64,000 nt of DNA from Candidatus Krumholzibacteriia bacterium. Lineage in GTDB: Bacteria; Krumholzibacteriota; Krumholzibacteriia; Krumholzibacteriales; Krumholzibacteriaceae. Under the pieces are notes generated by a model. It worked only from the letters and a program-made list of their open reading frames with translations. It searched no databases and was not told the DNA's origin. Every line of letters starts with the position of its first letter. Within the stretch, counting starts at the first letter, position 1. Positions 61,673 to 64,000 of this stretch are shown piece by piece. Where the stretch lies: assembly GCA_025453655.1 (NCBI GenBank), contig JALOPX010000001.1, positions 1,376 to 65,375 of the forward strand, read 5' to 3'. The position numbers and the translations under genes were made by a program.

Positions 61673-63223
61673 ATGAAAGACCAGCCCGGTAATGGAATAT
61701 GGCCCGACACCGTGGACTGCCGCGTTCTGATCGATTCGATCCTCGGCAGCGACGCCGCGGGGATAGCGGTGCTGGACGCGAAGGGCAGATACCTTTTATT
61801 CAACCGTGGCGCAGAAGCCCTCACCGGGTACGACCGGGATGAGGTCATGGGAAAGAAGGCCCCCGACGCGCTTTACCGCCCCGGGGACAGGGAGGCTGTG
61901 GAAACCGCCCTCTCCTCCGCGACTCCCGTGATAAACAGGGAGATAAGGATTCGGAGAAAGGACGGCAGCGAAAAGGACCTGATCCTTTCGATATCGCGCC
62001 GGAGCGGCGGAGAGGGGGCCCCGGATTATTTCCTCCAGGTATTCATCGACAACAGCGAGAGGAAGCATCTCGACCAGCTTCTCCTTCAGTCCCAGAAGAT
62101 GGAGACGATAGGAGACATGGCGGGCGGGATAGCCCACGACTTCAACAATCTTCTCGAGGGGATCCTCGGGTATACGACATTCATGAAGGAGCTCGTGCCG
62201 GAAGGCCACGAGCTTAGGTCCTACCTCGAAATCATCGAGCGGTCGGCCGGGAAGGCCTCCGAGTTCACCGAAAGGCTTCTGACCCTGTCGAACGGTAAAG
62301 AGAGGGACGAGAATCTCGTCAACTGCAACGTGCTTCTTCGCGGCGTGACGAAGCTGCTGGAGAAGACGGTGGACAAGAATATCACGCTGGAACTCAACCT
62401 CAAGAAGGACCTCAAGGCGGTCAGGGGGTCGGCGGGGATGCTCGAACAGGCCTTTCTGAACATATGCATGAATGCCAGGGACGCGATGCCCGGGGGCGGC
62501 AAACTGGTCATATCGAGCGATAATGTCCGGGTCGACGAAACCTTCCCCAGGATGAGCCTCAAGATGGAAACCGGCGAATATGTACGCATATCGATCTCGG
62601 ACACCGGGATAGGGATGGACTCGCGAACGGTCAACAGGATCTTCAAGCCCTTCTTCACGACCAAGCGGCGCGGGGAGGGGGCGGGCCTGGGCCTCAACGT
62701 GGTTTATGGAATCGTCGACAGCCACGGGGGATTCATAAACGTCTACAGCGAGATCGGGCAGGGGACGACCTTCAACATATATCTGCGCGCCGAGAGCACC
62801 GAGGTCCCGGAGGAGGACTGGACGATGGAGCATCGCGAATCGCCCCGCGGCAACGGGGAGACGGTGCTCGTCATAGACGACGAGCCGATGATCATCGATA
62901 TCGGCAGGGCCATGCTGAGCAAGCTCGGGTACAAGGTCATCACCGCGGGGGAGGTCGACCTCGGGCTCGAGTATTTCAACGACCGGAAGGACGAGATAGA
63001 CATCGTCATCCTCGACGTCGTAATGCCGGGCGCGAACGGCAGGGATATTCTCCGGGAGATAAGAAGGGTAAAACCCCTGGTTCCCGTCATCCTCTCCAGC
63101 GGGTACGACAGGTCGGTAATCGAGGAGGATTTCTCCGCCGACTGCAACCTCTTCTTCATGCAGAAACCCTACTCGATGGACGATCTCGGGAGGAATGTCC
63201 ACAAGAGCCTTCACGGCACATAA
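61673..63223 (+). CDS. Hybrid sensor histidine kinase (PAS, HisKA, HATPase_c, C-terminal receiver)
   Basis: PAS domain, H-box GGIAHDFNNLL, N/G boxes and a receiver with VLVIDDE...ILDVVMPG..GRD. Confidence 0.85.
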   Translation: MKDQPGNGIWPDTVDCRVLIDSILGSDAAGIAVLDAKGRYLLFNRGAEALTGYDRDEVMGKKAPDALYRPGDREAVETALSSATPVINREIRIRRKDGSEKDLILSISRRSGGEGAPDYFLQVFIDNSERKHLDQLLLQSQKMETIGDMAGGIAHDFNNLLEGILGYTTFMKELVPEGHELRSYLEIIERSAGKASEFTERLLTLSNGKERDENLVNCNVLLRGVTKLLEKTVDKNITLELNLKKDLKAVRGSAGMLEQAFLNICMNARDAMPGGGKLVISSDNVRVDETFPRMSLKMETGEYVRISISDTGIGMDSRTVNRIFKPFFTTKRRGEGAGLGLNVVYGIVDSHGGFINVYSEIGQGTTFNIYLRAESTEVPEEDWTMEHRESPRGNGETVLVIDDEPMIIDIGRAMLSKLGYKVITAGEVDLGLEYFNDRKDEIDIVILDVVMPGANGRDILREIRRVKPLVPVILSSGYDRSVIEEDFSADCNLFFMQKPYSMDDLGRNVHKSLHGT

Positions 63224-63232
63224 TGCATCCGA

Positions 63233-63362
63233 GGGGGGGGGGGATGTCATCAGTCCCCCGCTCAGACAGGTCCTCGCGCACCCGCCGGCTTTTTTGCAGA
63301 CGAGAGGTGCCGCCTGGGCGCGCTGCGGAACTCGCGGGTCGGACTGATGACATCCCCCCCTC
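63233..63362. repeat. Structured inverted-repeat element, copy 1 (about 130 nt including a G11/C7 outer stem)
   Basis: Outer stem GGGGGGGGGGATGTCATCA / TGATGACATCCCCCCC. It encloses conserved module A (GTCCCCCGCTCAGACAGGTCCTCGCGC), a ~40-nt spacer and module B (GCGCTGCGGAACTCGCGGGTCGGAC). Confidence 0.7.
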
Positions 63363-63430
63363 TATTTTGGGAAGCGGTCCTGATATCGGCAGGGTGCCTG
63401 AGTCAGACAGGGATTCGCGTGGCGCCGGTC

Positions 63431-63539
63431 AAACGGCAGTCCCCCGCTCAGACAGGTCCTCGCGCACCCATGGACTTTTACGGCAGTTGAGCGGCCCAGC
63501 CTGGGTGCGCTGCGGAACTCGCGGGTCGGACTGCCGTTT
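63431..63539. repeat. Structured inverted-repeat element, copy 2 (direct orientation)
   Basis: Identical modules A and B with a different spacer. Copy-specific outer stem CCGGTCAAACGGCA / TGCCGTTTAACCGG. Confidence 0.7.
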
Positions 63540-63719
63540 AACCGGCATGAATGGTTAAAGTCATGTTGCATCACGACAATAATATAGGCCAGGCATCCCC
63601 CCCTCTTTTTGTAGAAGCGGTCCGTATGCTCGCGGGCATTTTCGGCGGATGAGAGGCGCTGCCTGAACAATCGCGCCACGCCGCGAAGAATTTCTTAACC
63701 CACTAAAAACATAATACTG

Positions 63720-63812
63720 CCCGTCATGCGTCAGTCCGACCCGCGAGTTCCGCAGCGCGGCGCGGAGCGACGCGCGAGGACCTGTCTGAGCGGGGGACTG
63801 ACGCATGACGGG
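63720..63812. repeat. Structured inverted-repeat element, copy 3 (inverted orientation, short 13-nt spacer)
   Basis: Reverse complements of modules B then A. Outer stem CCCGTCATGCGTCA / TGACGCATGACGGG. Confidence 0.7.
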
Positions 63813-63929
63813 CGATGACCGCATCTCCTGCTTGAACGATTCGCCGCCTTCTGCAATAATCCCCCCGGGGAACGGAGGCCATCTGATCGAACGAATCGGT
63901 GCCGCATGCGGCAGCGGAGAGGAGATGTA

Positions 63930-64000
63930 ATGGGAACGAGAAAATCAGCGGCCCTGGGGATATGTTTTCTCGCGTTGATATGCGCGGCCTGCGCGCAGAA
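63930..64000 (+). CDS. 5-prime end of a signal-peptide / lipoprotein-like ORF (truncated by the window edge)
   Basis: GGAGAGGAG SD 5 nt before the ATG. Product begins MGTRKSAALGICFLALICAACAQ. A 14-bp perfect palindrome TGCCGCATGCGGCA lies ~25 nt upstream. Confidence 0.35.
   Translation, partial: MGTRKSAALGICFLALICAACAQ

Noticed and set aside
63233-63812. Possibility that the terminal repeats are integron attC sites for the IntI at the other end of the window, or a CRISPR array
   Set aside because: attC sites conserve the outer R and L boxes (RYYYAAC / GTTRRRY) and vary inside; these elements do the opposite (variable outer stems, conserved interior, no GTT/AAC ends). They are 60 kb from intI. 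They are not a CRISPR either: units are ~100 nt, differently spaced, one is inverted, and no cas genes are nearby.

Overview
This is a high-GC (~65%) segment of a diderm bacterial chromosome that spans the replication-origin region. Gene calls rest on my own reading of conserved motifs and on start-codon arithmetic from the supplied ORF track; no database search was run. Coordinates of short motifs may be off by 1-2 nt.

Right half (40-57 kb): the classic ori neighbourhood. On the minus strand run rpmH-rnpA-yidD-yidC-jag-mnmE-mnmG-rsmG, then two parS sites, then parA-parB, here extended by an M23 peptidase and a bactofilin. On the plus strand run dnaA-dnaN-recF-DUF721(DciA-like)-gyrB-gyrA-hflX. 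DnaA boxes flank dnaA on both sides, suggesting a bipartite oriC.

Left half (10-35 kb): one long minus-strand run of housekeeping genes. These are rsmA, a TatD-radical SAM fusion, metG, a PSP1/RicT protein, holB, envC, ftsX, ftsE, pdxA, an S4 RNA-binding protein, surA, two further parvulin-type chaperone lipoproteins, mfd, a MoxR-DUF58-BatA operon and an S9 peptidase. A small heat-shock gene (hsp20) sits behind a sigma-54-type promoter.

Far left (0-10.5 kb): an intact integron-type integrase (IntI) next to ada, with no cassette array visible in the window. It is followed by a dense cluster of signal-peptide-bearing beta-barrel outer-membrane proteins, lipoproteins and a lysine/glycine-rich secreted protein.

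Right end (61.6-64 kb): a PAS hybrid histidine kinase, then three copies of a ~100-nt structured inverted-repeat element family. These have a conserved interior but copy-specific, self-complementary outer stems, and copy 1 is preceded by an 11-nt poly-G tract.

Most other six-frame ORFs overlap conserved genes on the opposite strand or in another frame and are high-GC artefacts. I found no rRNA, tRNA, CRISPR array or prophage.
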